In this document: piece by piece, positions 25,647 to 36,890 of the stretch | Numbering within the stretch: the first letter of the stretch is position 1 | How the letters are laid out: the number at the start of each line of letters is the position of its first letter | Source: Candidatus Omnitrophota bacterium | GTDB taxonomy: Bacteria > Omnitrophota > Gorgyraeia > VGKN01 | Length of the DNA: 64,000 nucleotides | Assembly (NCBI GenBank): GCA_043800345.1 | Contig: JAZDNB010000030.1 | Span: 91 to 64,090 of the forward strand | Reading direction: 5' to 3' | Notes under the pieces: generated by a model | Databases searched by the model: none | What the model saw: only the letters and a program-made list of their open reading frames with translations | Told to the model about the DNA's origin: nothing | Position numbers and translations under genes: made by a program

Positions 25647-26804
25647 TTAATTTAGGAGGAGGATTTTTGCATAGGTGACGGTAGAATCGCCGAAGCGTTC
25701 ATTTATTGAATCAACGGCACGGTTAAGGAGAATATTTTTTTTATCACATTCAAAAAGTAACCCCTGCTGAGGATTTACTATTAAACCAGAAAGGCCAACC
25801 CCTAAAAGCCTCACGGGAGCCTTTAGTTTTATATAAGAAAATAAATAAAGAACGTTTTTATAAATAGACTCGGTGGAGTACATGTAATCAGATAAAGTTT
25901 TTTGTCTGGAAAATGTGCTTAAATCTTTATAGCGTATGGTAAGTTGTATAACTTGCGCCGAAAGGTTATCTTTTCTTAATCTCGTTCCCACCATTTCAGA
26001 TAACATCAAAAGATACCCCGATATAACTTCTTGAGAGTATACATCTTTCGAAACCGTTATACTGTGCCCTATGGATTTCTGTGTTAAACCATCACTGCTT
26101 GAAACAACCGAATCATCTTCCCCTCTGCACACATTGTATAGCCAGTTCCCTAGTATGCCGAAATATCTTACCAGTAAATCGTTGGGTAACCCCATGAGTT
26201 GGCCACAGGTATATATGCCGAGTCCGTTTAACCGTTGCTTAGTCTTAAGACCGATACCCGCAATCTTCTCTACGGGCAGATTATGTAAAATAAGCGGCGC
26301 ATTTTCTTTTTTTATTATTAAAAGACCGTCGGGTTTTGATAATTTTGATGCGAGTTTTGCAAGCATCTTGTTTGGCGCAATACCGATGGAGGCAGTAATA
26401 TCGAAAGACTGTTTTATTGTTTCTTTTATGCGATGGGATATTTCTTTTATAAAAATTACATCACTACCGCTTACGTCAAGATAGAACTCATCAATAGAAG
26501 ATTGTTCCAGCTTTTCACTATAAGACTTTAATAACTCCGATATGCAATGTGAGGTATGTAAATATTTTGCGGTATCGGCAGGGATAAATATTGCCTTCGG
26601 ACAAAGTTTATACGCCATCCATGAGGACATACCGGATTCGATACCGAATTTTTTTGCTTCGTAAGATGCCGAACATACCACGGTCCTCTGCCTATCAGGC
26701 CTTCCCCCTACAATTACCGGTTTACCTTTAAATCGAGGATTAACCGCCTGTTCTATGGAAGCAAAAAAAGCATCCATATCTAAATGTAATATGAAATTGT
26801 TCAT
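25647..26804 (-). CDS. dinB: DNA polymerase IV (Y-family)
   Basis: 385 aa containing ILHLDMDAFFASIEQAVNPRFKGKPVIVGG...SIDEFYLDV. Confidence 0.9.
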   Translation of the reverse strand: MNNFILHLDMDAFFASIEQAVNPRFKGKPVIVGGRPDRQRTVVCSASYEAKKFGIESGMSSWMAYKLCPKAIFIPADTAKYLHTSHCISELLKSYSEKLEQSSIDEFYLDVSGSDVIFIKEISHRIKETIKQSFDITASIGIAPNKMLAKLASKLSKPDGLLIIKKENAPLILHNLPVEKIAGIGLKTKQRLNGLGIYTCGQLMGLPNDLLVRYFGILGNWLYNVCRGEDDSVVSSSDGLTQKSIGHSITVSKDVYSQEVISGYLLMLSEMVGTRLRKDNLSAQVIQLTIRYKDLSTFSRQKTLSDYMYSTESIYKNVLYLFSYIKLKAPVRLLGVGLSGLIVNPQQGLLFECDKKNILLNRAVDSINERFGDSTVTYAKILLLN

Positions 26805-26836
26805 AGCGTAGGGATAAGATTCCGACGGATAATTCT

Positions 26837-26954
26837 ATGAAGCTCCACGGCTTAACAGCCGTGGTTTCTTGCTTTTCGGTCTCGTGCCATATGGTACAGG
26901 CTCATGGAGCGGAATCCCGCCCGTCCCGTAAAGCGGGACTGGGTGCGGGATAAA
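26837..26954 (+). repeat. 118-bp three-hairpin repeat, copy 2
   Basis: Full-length copy between orf94 and dinB. Differs from the consensus by C59T and C93T, both in stems and both leaving G-T pairs. Confidence 0.95.
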
Positions 26955-27018
26955 TAACGCCTATTTCACAAAAACAGGACACTTGCAATAAAAAAGAAAC
27001 TCGTGAGTACATATAACA

Positions 27019-27303
27019 TTATTCTACCCATACTTCCTCCATATACCATGTTAATTCCCTGTCAGAAAAATATATCTGATAAATGGTGCCTCCTATATCA
27101 ACAGAAAAATAATGCCTCATGCTATCTCCGACCCTATCTTTCCAGCGATACGTAAGATGCTCTATCTTATGAAGAGTCCCCTTCCATTTAAACCAGACTG
27201 GTTTTGGGCCCTTATCAAATACAACACCCACGCTTATAGGTTCATTAAGCCTACCGCTACTGGCGGGTAATTTTCTATCCCACCTGGAGTTTTTGTTAAA
27301 CAT
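27019..27303 (-). CDS. Hypothetical 94-aa protein encoded between lexA and dinB
   Basis: The ORF overlaps the lexA stop by 8 nt. It is Trp/Tyr-rich (VWFKWKGTLHKIEHLTYRWKDRVGDSMRHYFSV...YQIYFSDRELTWYMEEVWVE) and I recognise no family. Confidence 0.6.
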   Translation of the reverse strand: MFNKNSRWDRKLPASSGRLNEPISVGVVFDKGPKPVWFKWKGTLHKIEHLTYRWKDRVGDSMRHYFSVDIGGTIYQIYFSDRELTWYMEEVWVE

Positions 27304-27892
27304 ATTTCCTCACAGAAGATATTACTTTTCCAATTATGGCACAATCCTTATTTGCATAAATAGTTTTATAATCCTTATTGGCGGGCTCAAGCTTTATTCT
27401 CTCTTTTTCTTTATAAAAATACTTGATGGTTACCTCATTGTCTATAACCGCTACCACTATATCTCTGTCATGTGCTATGGGATTTTTCTTTACTAACACA
27501 AGGTCTCCTTCCAATATGCCCGCATCCTTCATACTGTCCCCTTTAACGCGCAGTGCAAATATATCATCGGATACAGAAAATTCCTTGAAATCCATATAGC
27601 CCTCTACATCCTCATGCGCAGGATGAGGCGCTCCTGCTCTGACCCTTCCCAATATCGGGATTGCAAATAGGTTGGCGTTGATTATTTCAAGGCCCCGGGC
27701 TATGTTAGGGGTGTGGCGCAGGAACCCTTTCCCCTGCAGACTACGGATATAATCTCGTACGGTACCCGTAGACTTAAATCCAAAACGGCCTGCTATTTCT
27801 CTTATAGTAGGAGATGAGCCCTGGTTTTTTATCCTTTCATAAATAAATCTAAACACCTTCTCCTGTTTTTTAGTAAGAACATTTTTCATCAT
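27296..27892 (-). CDS. lexA: LexA repressor (S24 peptidase)
   Basis: 198 aa with an N-terminal winged HTH (QGSSPTIREIAGRFGFKSTGTVRDYIRSL), the cleavage region VRAGAPH and GDSMKDAGILEGDLVLV...K. Confidence 0.9.
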   Translation of the reverse strand: MMKNVLTKKQEKVFRFIYERIKNQGSSPTIREIAGRFGFKSTGTVRDYIRSLQGKGFLRHTPNIARGLEIINANLFAIPILGRVRAGAPHPAHEDVEGYMDFKEFSVSDDIFALRVKGDSMKDAGILEGDLVLVKKNPIAHDRDIVVAVIDNEVTIKYFYKEKERIKLEPANKDYKTIYANKDCAIIGKVISSVRKYV

Positions 27893-27898
27893 ATTTCA

Positions 27899-27927
27899 TA
27901 TATACCACACATTTGTGTGGATGTCAA
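27899..27927 (-). promoter_or_regulatory. lexA promoter (consensus -35, 17-nt spacer, -10) positioned for a leaderless mRNA
   Basis: The minus strand reads TTGACA-T-CCACACAAATGTGTGG-TATATA-TGAAAT-ATG. Only 6 nt separate the -10 from the start codon, and there is no SD. Confidence 0.65.
27905..27920. promoter_or_regulatory. Candidate LexA operator (SOS box): perfect inverted repeat CCACACA-N2-TGTGTGG
   Basis: A 7-bp perfect inverted repeat fills the -35/-10 spacer of the lexA promoter. Confidence 0.5.
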
Positions 27928-27969
27928 ATAAATTTTTAATAATAAATTTAGTTTTACCTTCTATAGTAT

Positions 27970-27998
27970 TTGACAAATGCCTTCTGACTATCTATAAT
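27970..27998 (+). promoter_or_regulatory. Consensus sigma70 promoter positioned for a leaderless mRNA of the 28006 gene
   Basis: TTGACA (27970-27975), a 17-nt spacer, TATAAT (27993-27998), then 7 nt to ATG 28006. No SD. Confidence 0.65.
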
Positions 27999-28005
27999 AT
28001 GCCGC

Positions 28006-28545
28006 ATGAATATTGAAGAAAAATGGCAAGAAGCTCTAAAAAGTACCGAGATATTGCGGTCAAGGTTTATGAGACTGCATACCTTTAACACCACCGAACT
28101 CCCTTATATCTTCTTAGCAGAATCCACCATAAACCAAGGAGATACCGTCGTAAGAAAAGGCAGCATATCGGTTGACAAACCCCTGATTATGCTTCCTAAA
28201 GACTTTCCCATATTTGAAGGTTTCGATTTTAAAGAGGACCTTCATTTAGATGAGGACATCGTAAGGTCATTTTTTCTCGTGAGGGGGGTACGGTTTCCCT
28301 CTCTTAAATATCAAAATCTCACTTTTAATCTTGATGTATACGAAGGCTCGCTTAAAGAAGCAATAAAATTCTATGGAGAAATTTTAAAAAGAGGGGAAGA
28401 TATAACCTCTGGCCTTATTATAGGAAATGAAGAAAGTTGGCAGTTTTCTATTTTGATCTATATAGCTTTCATGTTTTCAAAATCTGCCGATGAGGATATG
28501 CGAAGGCTATTTGAAAAGTTTAAGAGAGATCTCGGATTCAGTTAA
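28006..28545 (+). CDS. Hypothetical protein (179 aa), divergent from lexA
   Basis: ORF with a consensus promoter directly upstream. No recognised motif. Confidence 0.6.
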   Translation: MNIEEKWQEALKSTEILRSRFMRLHTFNTTELPYIFLAESTINQGDTVVRKGSISVDKPLIMLPKDFPIFEGFDFKEDLHLDEDIVRSFFLVRGVRFPSLKYQNLTFNLDVYEGSLKEAIKFYGEILKRGEDITSGLIIGNEESWQFSILIYIAFMFSKSADEDMRRLFEKFKRDLGFS

Positions 28546-28549
28546 TCTA

Positions 28550-28951
28550 TTACTTATTTAAAATTTCGAGTGCCATATCAAGGTGGTTTGTCGCAAATAC
28601 AAAAAGCGAGTCCTTACTGTCCCCTGTCGTATTGTAACAATACTCAAGGTTAATATTCGAGGTAGCTAATTTTTCGGCAATGCGTTTTGTTTCTCCGGGC
28701 TTATTGGGAATACTAAGCACGCCAACATCTTCCTCTTTTACTACTTCATAATTTTTAGCCTTTAGTGCCGCAATGGCTCTCTGGTTATCCTCGGTGATTA
28801 TCATAAAATTGGCTTTATCGATCAGGCCATATGCACACAAGGCAATAATATTTATACCGTTAACTGCTATTATGGAACTTATCTCTGCAAGCATACCTAC
28901 CTTATTAGGGGTAATAACCACTATCTGCTTTACCTTTCTTGCGCATCCCAT
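28550..28951 (-). CDS. ACT-domain protein
   Basis: QIVVITPNKVGMLAEISSIIAVNGINIIAL and a second ACT-like half. GGAGG lies 8 nt before ATG 28951; the track start, GTG 28960, directly abuts the SD. Confidence 0.6.
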   Translation of the reverse strand: MGCARKVKQIVVITPNKVGMLAEISSIIAVNGINIIALCAYGLIDKANFMIITEDNQRAIAALKAKNYEVVKEEDVGVLSIPNKPGETKRIAEKLATSNINLEYCYNTTGDSKDSLFVFATNHLDMALEILNK

Positions 28952-29006
28952 AGTATGCACCTCCTCTCTGTTACGAATAGTATAATATAATACAACATAT
29001 AGATAA

Positions 29007-29955
29007 TCAACAAAATAATATAACTGTTTTATATTCGAGATTAAAAATTTTTATAATTTCTTTTATGGTGTCACTGAGTTCTTTGGTATATATACCCATG
29101 TGTGTTGGATTTTTTAATGGTGCACAGTGCATTCTAAAAACATCCGGATATTTCATTCCTAAAGAGTTTTTGATATCTTCATAGAATGAAGTGGAGCCCC
29201 CTCGGCCTAAAGATCGAGGCTCCCTCCCTGAAGCAGAAATAAACTTCCGCAACCCCTCATCCCCGGTCTAAAGACCGGGGATTTCTGCGGAAGGGATTAA
29301 AATAATTTAGTTTATCTACATAAATTTTTGAGACGTTTAGCGAAGAAAGAGTTTTGAAAATACTATGCAGATTTTCTTTTATATCAGAGAAACCCGGTAT
29401 CAGCGGCCCTATAAATACATATGTTTTTAGTCGCCTCTGCGCTGCCTCACGTAATATCCCAAACCGTTCATCGGTTGTTGAAGAGCAAGGTTCTATAAGC
29501 GTCCTGAGTGCCTCATCAACAGTAGTTATTGTACATCCTATGTTCACCCTATCTCTGAAATTTTCTACAATATCAAAATCTCGCTTTATTAAAGCATTTT
29601 TTGTCAAAATTGATACGGTAGATTTTGATGCTTTCAGTAAGAGTTCAAGACACTTTCTTGAGAGCTTAAAATGTTCTTCCTGTTGTTGCCATCCATCACA
29701 GACAGAAGACATCATTACTTCTTTGCTACAATTAATTTTCTGAAGCTGGTTTTCCAATACTTCTGCGGCATTTATCTTTACATCCACAAAGGTACCCCAT
29801 TTCTCTTTATGATGAGTAAATTTTTTCATAAATCGCGCATAACAATATACACAATTATGCTGGCAACCTACATAGCAATTCACTGCATAGTCGGTAATAC
29901 CGGATTTATTCAGAATTGACTTAGAGAATACCTTGTTAATAATCATAGGGGCCAT
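29007..29955 (-). pseudogene. Radical SAM protein (SplB/COG1533-like) split by a hairpin-repeat insertion
   Basis: The N-terminal part (29257..29955, MAPMIINK...CYVGCQHNCVYCYARF) ends at a TGA inside the repeat. The C-terminal part (29007..29252) continues in another frame. Both fragments translate repeat arms as PRSL(D/G)RG. Confidence 0.6.
29192..29300 (+). repeat. Two-unit hairpin repeat (family B, TAAA loops) inserted in the radical SAM gene
   Basis: Unit 1 is GGAGCC-CCCTCGGCC-TAAA-GATCGA-GGCTCC. Unit 2 is CTTCCGCA-ACCCCTCA-TCCCCGGTC-TAAA-GACCGGGGA-TTTC-TGCGGAAG followed by GGATTAAA. The two-tier stem and the GGAT(T)AAA tail resemble hairpin 3 of the 118-bp element. Confidence 0.75.
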
Positions 29956-29980
29956 GCAGAAGTTTAGGTTTTTTTGGAGG

Positions 29981-31297
29981 TTACTTTCCAATTAAAATAT
30001 TGGATTGTCCAGATACAAAAAATAGTCCTGCTACCGCGCCTGTCATAAGACAGGCGAGCGTTGCTGCAAACAACGCCCTGAATCCCAAAAGAGCAAGTCC
30101 CTTTGCCCTCTTGGGCGCAAGGGCCGGTTACACCACCCAGGAATACGGCAAGAGATGCAATGTGAGCGAATCCGCATAATATGTATGTCGTAATCAAAAC
30201 AGAACGGCTATCATAGATAACTCCGTCGCGTATATATTCTGCCAGATGTTTATAGGCAACTACCTCCGTAACGACCATCCTTTCTCCTAATAAATTTGCA
30301 CCTAAAGGAATATCTTTTGGTGCAACGCCACAAAAAAATACAAGCGGCTGAAATGCATAGGACAAAACACTCTGAAGCGAGAAAGAAATATTCACATGCA
30401 TACTTTTATGTATTACATTCCCTACTGCATACAAAAGACCGTTAAGTATCGCTAAAAGTCCCAAAAAGGCAAGTAGCAGCGCGCATATCCCGACACAGAG
30501 CTGTACTCCTTCGTTAGCACCTTTAATAATAGCCTCTATCCAGTTTGCCGAAGGAAGATAGTCTCCCCGTATATGCTCCCCCAAGGTTTTTGGTTTATGG
30601 GTTTCCGGAAAAAGAAGTTTTGACATAACAATAGCCGCCGGTGCACTTAAAATTGATGCCGAAATCAAATGTCCTGCGATCGTAGGGAATAAATCCTGCA
30701 GAAACGTTACATAAATACCCAAAACCGTGGATGCGACGGTGCCATGCCGGCAGTTAATATTGTGCAGAGTTCTGATTCCGTCATTTCTTCAATATAAGGC
30801 CTGATAGTAAGCATTGATTCAATCCCCATAAATATATTGCTTGCCGTACATAACGACTCTGCTCCGCTTATTCTCATGAGTCGGGTGAACAACCTCGAAA
30901 AACTCCTCACCATAACTTGCATAAAACCTATATGATACAAAAGTGCAATAAGGGATGAAAAAAATACAATTGTAGGAAGCGCCTGGATTGCCATGATAAA
31001 TCCTATGGATTTTTCTCCATCGGGTCCTTTCATTCCGGGAGATATGGCAAGGGGTCCAAATAGAAAATATATGCCCTCCTTCGCAAAATTGAATACTTTA
31101 ATTACTATATTATTTATATATATAAATAATTCAACACCCAAAGGAAACTTGAATATCAGATATGCAAACACAAGCTGTAATAACACACCCCACACTACTA
31201 CATGCCAATTAATCACCTTCTTATTTACAGAACACATCCAGGCAATTAACATAAAAACAAATATTCCTATAAGGCTTATTAGATTATAAAAATACAT
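29981..31297 (-). pseudogene. nupC: NupC/CNT-family nucleoside transporter with two frameshifts
   Basis: The N-terminal ORF 30707..31297 and the C-terminal ORF 29964..30722 overlap in different frames. The family sequence ...[32 protein letters not shown] is restored by a 1-nt correction near 30738-30743. The conserved C-terminus [35 protein letters not shown]...GK-TAA (stop 29981-29983) is restored by a second 1-nt correction near 30121-30125. Confidence 0.75.
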
Positions 31298-31408
31298 TTT
31301 TACCCCATTATACTAGTCTGTACAATTATGCCGTATCACTCATTTATAAAAATTAAAAATGCGGACCCGGGCGTGTATACCTTTTTATTATACAATAAGC
31401 TACATGGC

Positions 31409-31657
31409 TTACGCCTTATAAACTTTATCATGCACATGAACTTTTTGCGACAACTTTAAACCAATAATATCCCCCTTCTTTGCCTCCTGTACGCTGGCGT
31501 GCTCTACCTGCATAGATGCTACCATTTCCATAAAATCAGAACTATGACCTTTTATATGGATAGCATCACCTACTTTTAAGGCCTCCGTCAATTCGACAAT
31601 TCCCACCCCTAGATGGTCATAATAATGCGCTATGATCCCTATCTGTTTTTCCTCCAT
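31409..31657 (-). CDS. Translation-elongation-factor-like beta-barrel (EF-Tu domain 2-like) small protein
   Basis: IGIIAHYYDHLGVGIVELTEALKVGDAIHIKGH...AKKGDIIGLKL. The SD AAGGGGGTGG precedes ATG 31657; the track start at 31690 is less likely. Confidence 0.6.
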   Translation of the reverse strand: MEEKQIGIIAHYYDHLGVGIVELTEALKVGDAIHIKGHSSDFMEMVASMQVEHASVQEAKKGDIIGLKLSQKVHVHDKVYKA

Positions 31658-31787
31658 CTTCCACCCCCTTTGGTTAAATTCAAATATCAAATTCTAAAAA
31701 TCAACATTATTTCTGAAAGAAATAAATAATCCTTAAAAACTAACGATAATTTATTTTTCTTCCTTATGAATTCCAATTTTTGAATTT

Positions 31788-32675
31788 TTATGGCCTTGGG
31801 TGATATTTCTGATGAATCATCTTGAGCCTCCCTTTATCTATATGCGTATAAATCTGCGTGGTAGAGATGCTAGAATGCCCGAGCAACTCTTGTATTATCC
31901 TTAAATCCGCTCCGCGCTCAAGAAGATGGCTTGCAAACGAATGCCTAAGCGTATGAGGGCTTAACTGTTTCTGTATACGTGCTTGGGCTGCATATTTTTT
32001 TAGCAGCTTCCAGATGGTTTGTCGCGAAATATTCTTGCCATATCGCGTAACAAATAATTTTTCATTCTGTCTGTTTTTCAAAAAAACAGGTCGCGTTTTA
32101 TCCAAATATTTTTTCGTGGCATCCAAGGCAAATTTCCCGACAGGGACAATTCTCTCTTTTTGCCCTTTACCTACACATTTTATAAAACCTACGTCAAAAT
32201 TTAAATCCGATACCTTTAAACTCACAAGTTCGCTAACCCGCATTCCCGTTGCATATAAGAGTTCAAGCCATGCACGGTCCCGTACACCCTGAGGCTTTCT
32301 TACATTCGGTGTTTTTAAAAGTTTCGCAACCTCATCTATGCTGAGCGTATCGGGTAATTTTTTCCAAAGCTTTGGTGCTTCAAGCACGCTTGTTACATCT
32401 TCTCTTAAAAAATTCTCACGCAGTAAAAACCTATGAAATCCCTTTATCGCAACAAGTGTTCGGGAAATTGAAACGGGAAGCAATCCTTTATCTTTAAGAT
32501 ATAATAAAAAATTAGTTATCTCCTGACGAGTCACCTTTTCCATCAAATCGATGTTTCTGCTCTGAAGATGTGTCACATATTTATTAAGGTCATTTCTATA
32601 AGAGATAAGGGTATTATGCGAAAGACCTTTTTCTACAGAAAGAAAATTTAAAAATTCTTCAAGGTATGCTTTCAT
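31788..32675 (-). CDS. xerD: Tyrosine recombinase XerC/XerD
   Basis: 295 aa with the catalytic region HTLRHSFASHLLERGADLRIIQELLGHSSISTTQIYTH. Confidence 0.8.
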   Translation of the reverse strand: MKAYLEEFLNFLSVEKGLSHNTLISYRNDLNKYVTHLQSRNIDLMEKVTRQEITNFLLYLKDKGLLPVSISRTLVAIKGFHRFLLRENFLREDVTSVLEAPKLWKKLPDTLSIDEVAKLLKTPNVRKPQGVRDRAWLELLYATGMRVSELVSLKVSDLNFDVGFIKCVGKGQKERIVPVGKFALDATKKYLDKTRPVFLKNRQNEKLFVTRYGKNISRQTIWKLLKKYAAQARIQKQLSPHTLRHSFASHLLERGADLRIIQELLGHSSISTTQIYTHIDKGRLKMIHQKYHPRP

Positions 32676-33280
32676 AGAAATGGATTATGCTTCTTTTCAT
32701 GGCCTATGGTAGACTCATGACCATGGCCGGGATAAATCACCGTAGTATCCGCAAATAATAATAACTTCTCTTTAATAGATACAAAAAGCGCTTTTTCATT
32801 TCCCGCAGGAAGGTCAGTCCTTCCTACTCCTTCAAAAAATAACGTATCTCCGGTAAAGATGGCTGTATCGACTTTAAGAGAAATGCTCCCCGGAGTATGA
32901 CCGGGCGTATGAATCACCTTAATCCTTATACTCTTTTTTAGTTCGAGCACATCACCGTCCTCAAGGAGCCGCGATGGTTTTAGTAATGCCTTAGAGTCTT
33001 TGTAACAGAAAGAGAGGTTTTTGGCAGGATCATGCAAAAATTCGCTATCTAATCTATGAATATATACGGGGACTTTAAAATCGCCATCTGCCCCGATATG
33101 GTCTATGTGACCGTGCGTATTTATAATAAACTTCGGGGTAAGTCTTAATCTGTCTAAAATGGCTTGTATATCTTTATAATCGGCACCGGGATCTATAATA
33201 AGGCATTCCGAATTTTTAGATTCTGCGAGTACATAGCAATTTGTCTGCATTGGGCCTACTATGACCCTCTCAACTATCAT
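32672..33280 (-). CDS. MBL-fold metallo-hydrolase
   Basis: 202 aa with THGHIDHIG and HTPGHTPGS motifs. Confidence 0.8.
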   Translation of the reverse strand: MIVERVIVGPMQTNCYVLAESKNSECLIIDPGADYKDIQAILDRLRLTPKFIINTHGHIDHIGADGDFKVPVYIHRLDSEFLHDPAKNLSFCYKDSKALLKPSRLLEDGDVLELKKSIRIKVIHTPGHTPGSISLKVDTAIFTGDTLFFEGVGRTDLPAGNEKALFVSIKEKLLLFADTTVIYPGHGHESTIGHEKKHNPFL

Positions 33281-33319
33281 ATTCTGCCTCTTATTACGTT
33301 GCTTTTTTAGGCACCTTAC

Positions 33320-35847
<2,528 letters not shown>

Positions 35848-36594
35848 TTATCTGCCTTCCGACAATCTATATGCCAAATGTTCCGGCAATTGCGCGGTTA
35901 AGATTTTTTTTTGGGCTTTTGCTATGTCGTATCCGGTTCTCTTTAAAACAATGTGGCGGTGCTCAACGTCATAAATTACATAAGAAGCCCTGTTATCGCC
36001 ATCTCTTGGCTGGCCAACGCTTCCCGTATTAATAATATACTGATTGTCTTGTTCCAAAAAAATCTCTCTCTTGTCTGTCAAGGTATGAATGTTTCCGTGC
36101 TTATCTTTTATAAAAAATAATGGATAGTGGGAATGACCTACAAAACATGGTCTGTTATCCATTTTTAAAAATGTCTTACCGGCTTGATAAGCATCAAATA
36201 TATAATTAAAAGACTGAGGGTCTGTAAGACTGCCATGAACTGCGATGATATTTACATCTTCACATATTAAGCTAATTTTTTTTAAAAATTCTTGCTCTGC
36301 TTTGTCTAACAGACCAGCGGTCCATAGTACTGCTTCTTTAGCATCACGGTTAAACCACTCAGGATCTAAAAGACTAGCTGCTGCTCGGTCATGGTTACCG
36401 CATACAACCATATCCGTTACAAATCTTGTCCGCTTTATACATGCCTTCGGGTCTGCACCGTAACCTACGAGATCACCTACAATAACAATCTTATTTATCT
36501 TTTCCTTTTTTAGAGCACCTATTACAGCTTCGTAGGCTTCAAGATTAGCATGTATATCGCTTAAAATCCCATAGCGCATAGCACAAAAAAACAA
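35848..36594 (-). CDS. Calcineurin-like metallophosphoesterase
   Basis: Motifs ILSDIHAN, GDLVGYG, GNHD and GHSH. Confidence 0.75.
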   Translation of the reverse strand: MFFCAMRYGILSDIHANLEAYEAVIGALKKEKINKIVIVGDLVGYGADPKACIKRTRFVTDMVVCGNHDRAAASLLDPEWFNRDAKEAVLWTAGLLDKAEQEFLKKISLICEDVNIIAVHGSLTDPQSFNYIFDAYQAGKTFLKMDNRPCFVGHSHYPLFFIKDKHGNIHTLTDKREIFLEQDNQYIINTGSVGQPRDGDNRASYVIYDVEHRHIVLKRTGYDIAKAQKKILTAQLPEHLAYRLSEGR

Positions 36595-36599
36595 AAAAG

Positions 36600-36890
36600 T
36601 TATAATCGCATTTCAAAACCCTTGAACTCATCGGTTGCCTTTGAATACTCTATATCCTTAAATGAAATGTAATATCGCATATGTTCATTTATCATAGTAA
36701 TAAAACGTAACAGCACCGCTTCATTCGCCTCTGCCACCACCTCAACCCGTCCATCCCTTAGATTTTTTACATAACCGTCAATGCTTAATTCCTGCGCTAT
36801 CGATTCTGCACTAAAGCGAAACCCTACTCCCTGGACTTTGCCTGAATAGAATATATGCACTCTTTTCTTTTCTATCTTCTGAGTATTCAT
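36600..36890 (-). CDS. acyP: Acylphosphatase
   Basis: 96 aa containing GKVQGVGFRFSAESIAQELSIDGYVKNLRDGRVEVVAEA. Confidence 0.85.
   Translation of the reverse strand: MNTQKIEKKRVHIFYSGKVQGVGFRFSAESIAQELSIDGYVKNLRDGRVEVVAEANEAVLLRFITMINEHMRYYISFKDIEYSKATDEFKGFEMRL

Noticed and set aside
29956-29991. Track start codons for several ORFs (29991, 25584, 21101, 28960, 31690, 57071), considered as the true starts.
   Set aside because: Several are TTG or GTG codons or upstream ATGs without an SD. Internal ATGs with better SD or promoter context were preferred at 29955, 21092, 28951, 31657 and 57047. For 25584 versus 25548 the choice remains open.
31340-31400. GC-rich GCGGACCCGGGCGTG after the EF-like gene, considered as a possible terminator.
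   Set aside because: It contains only a CCCGGG palindrome with no usable stem-loop, and the following T-run is separated from it. Support is insufficient.
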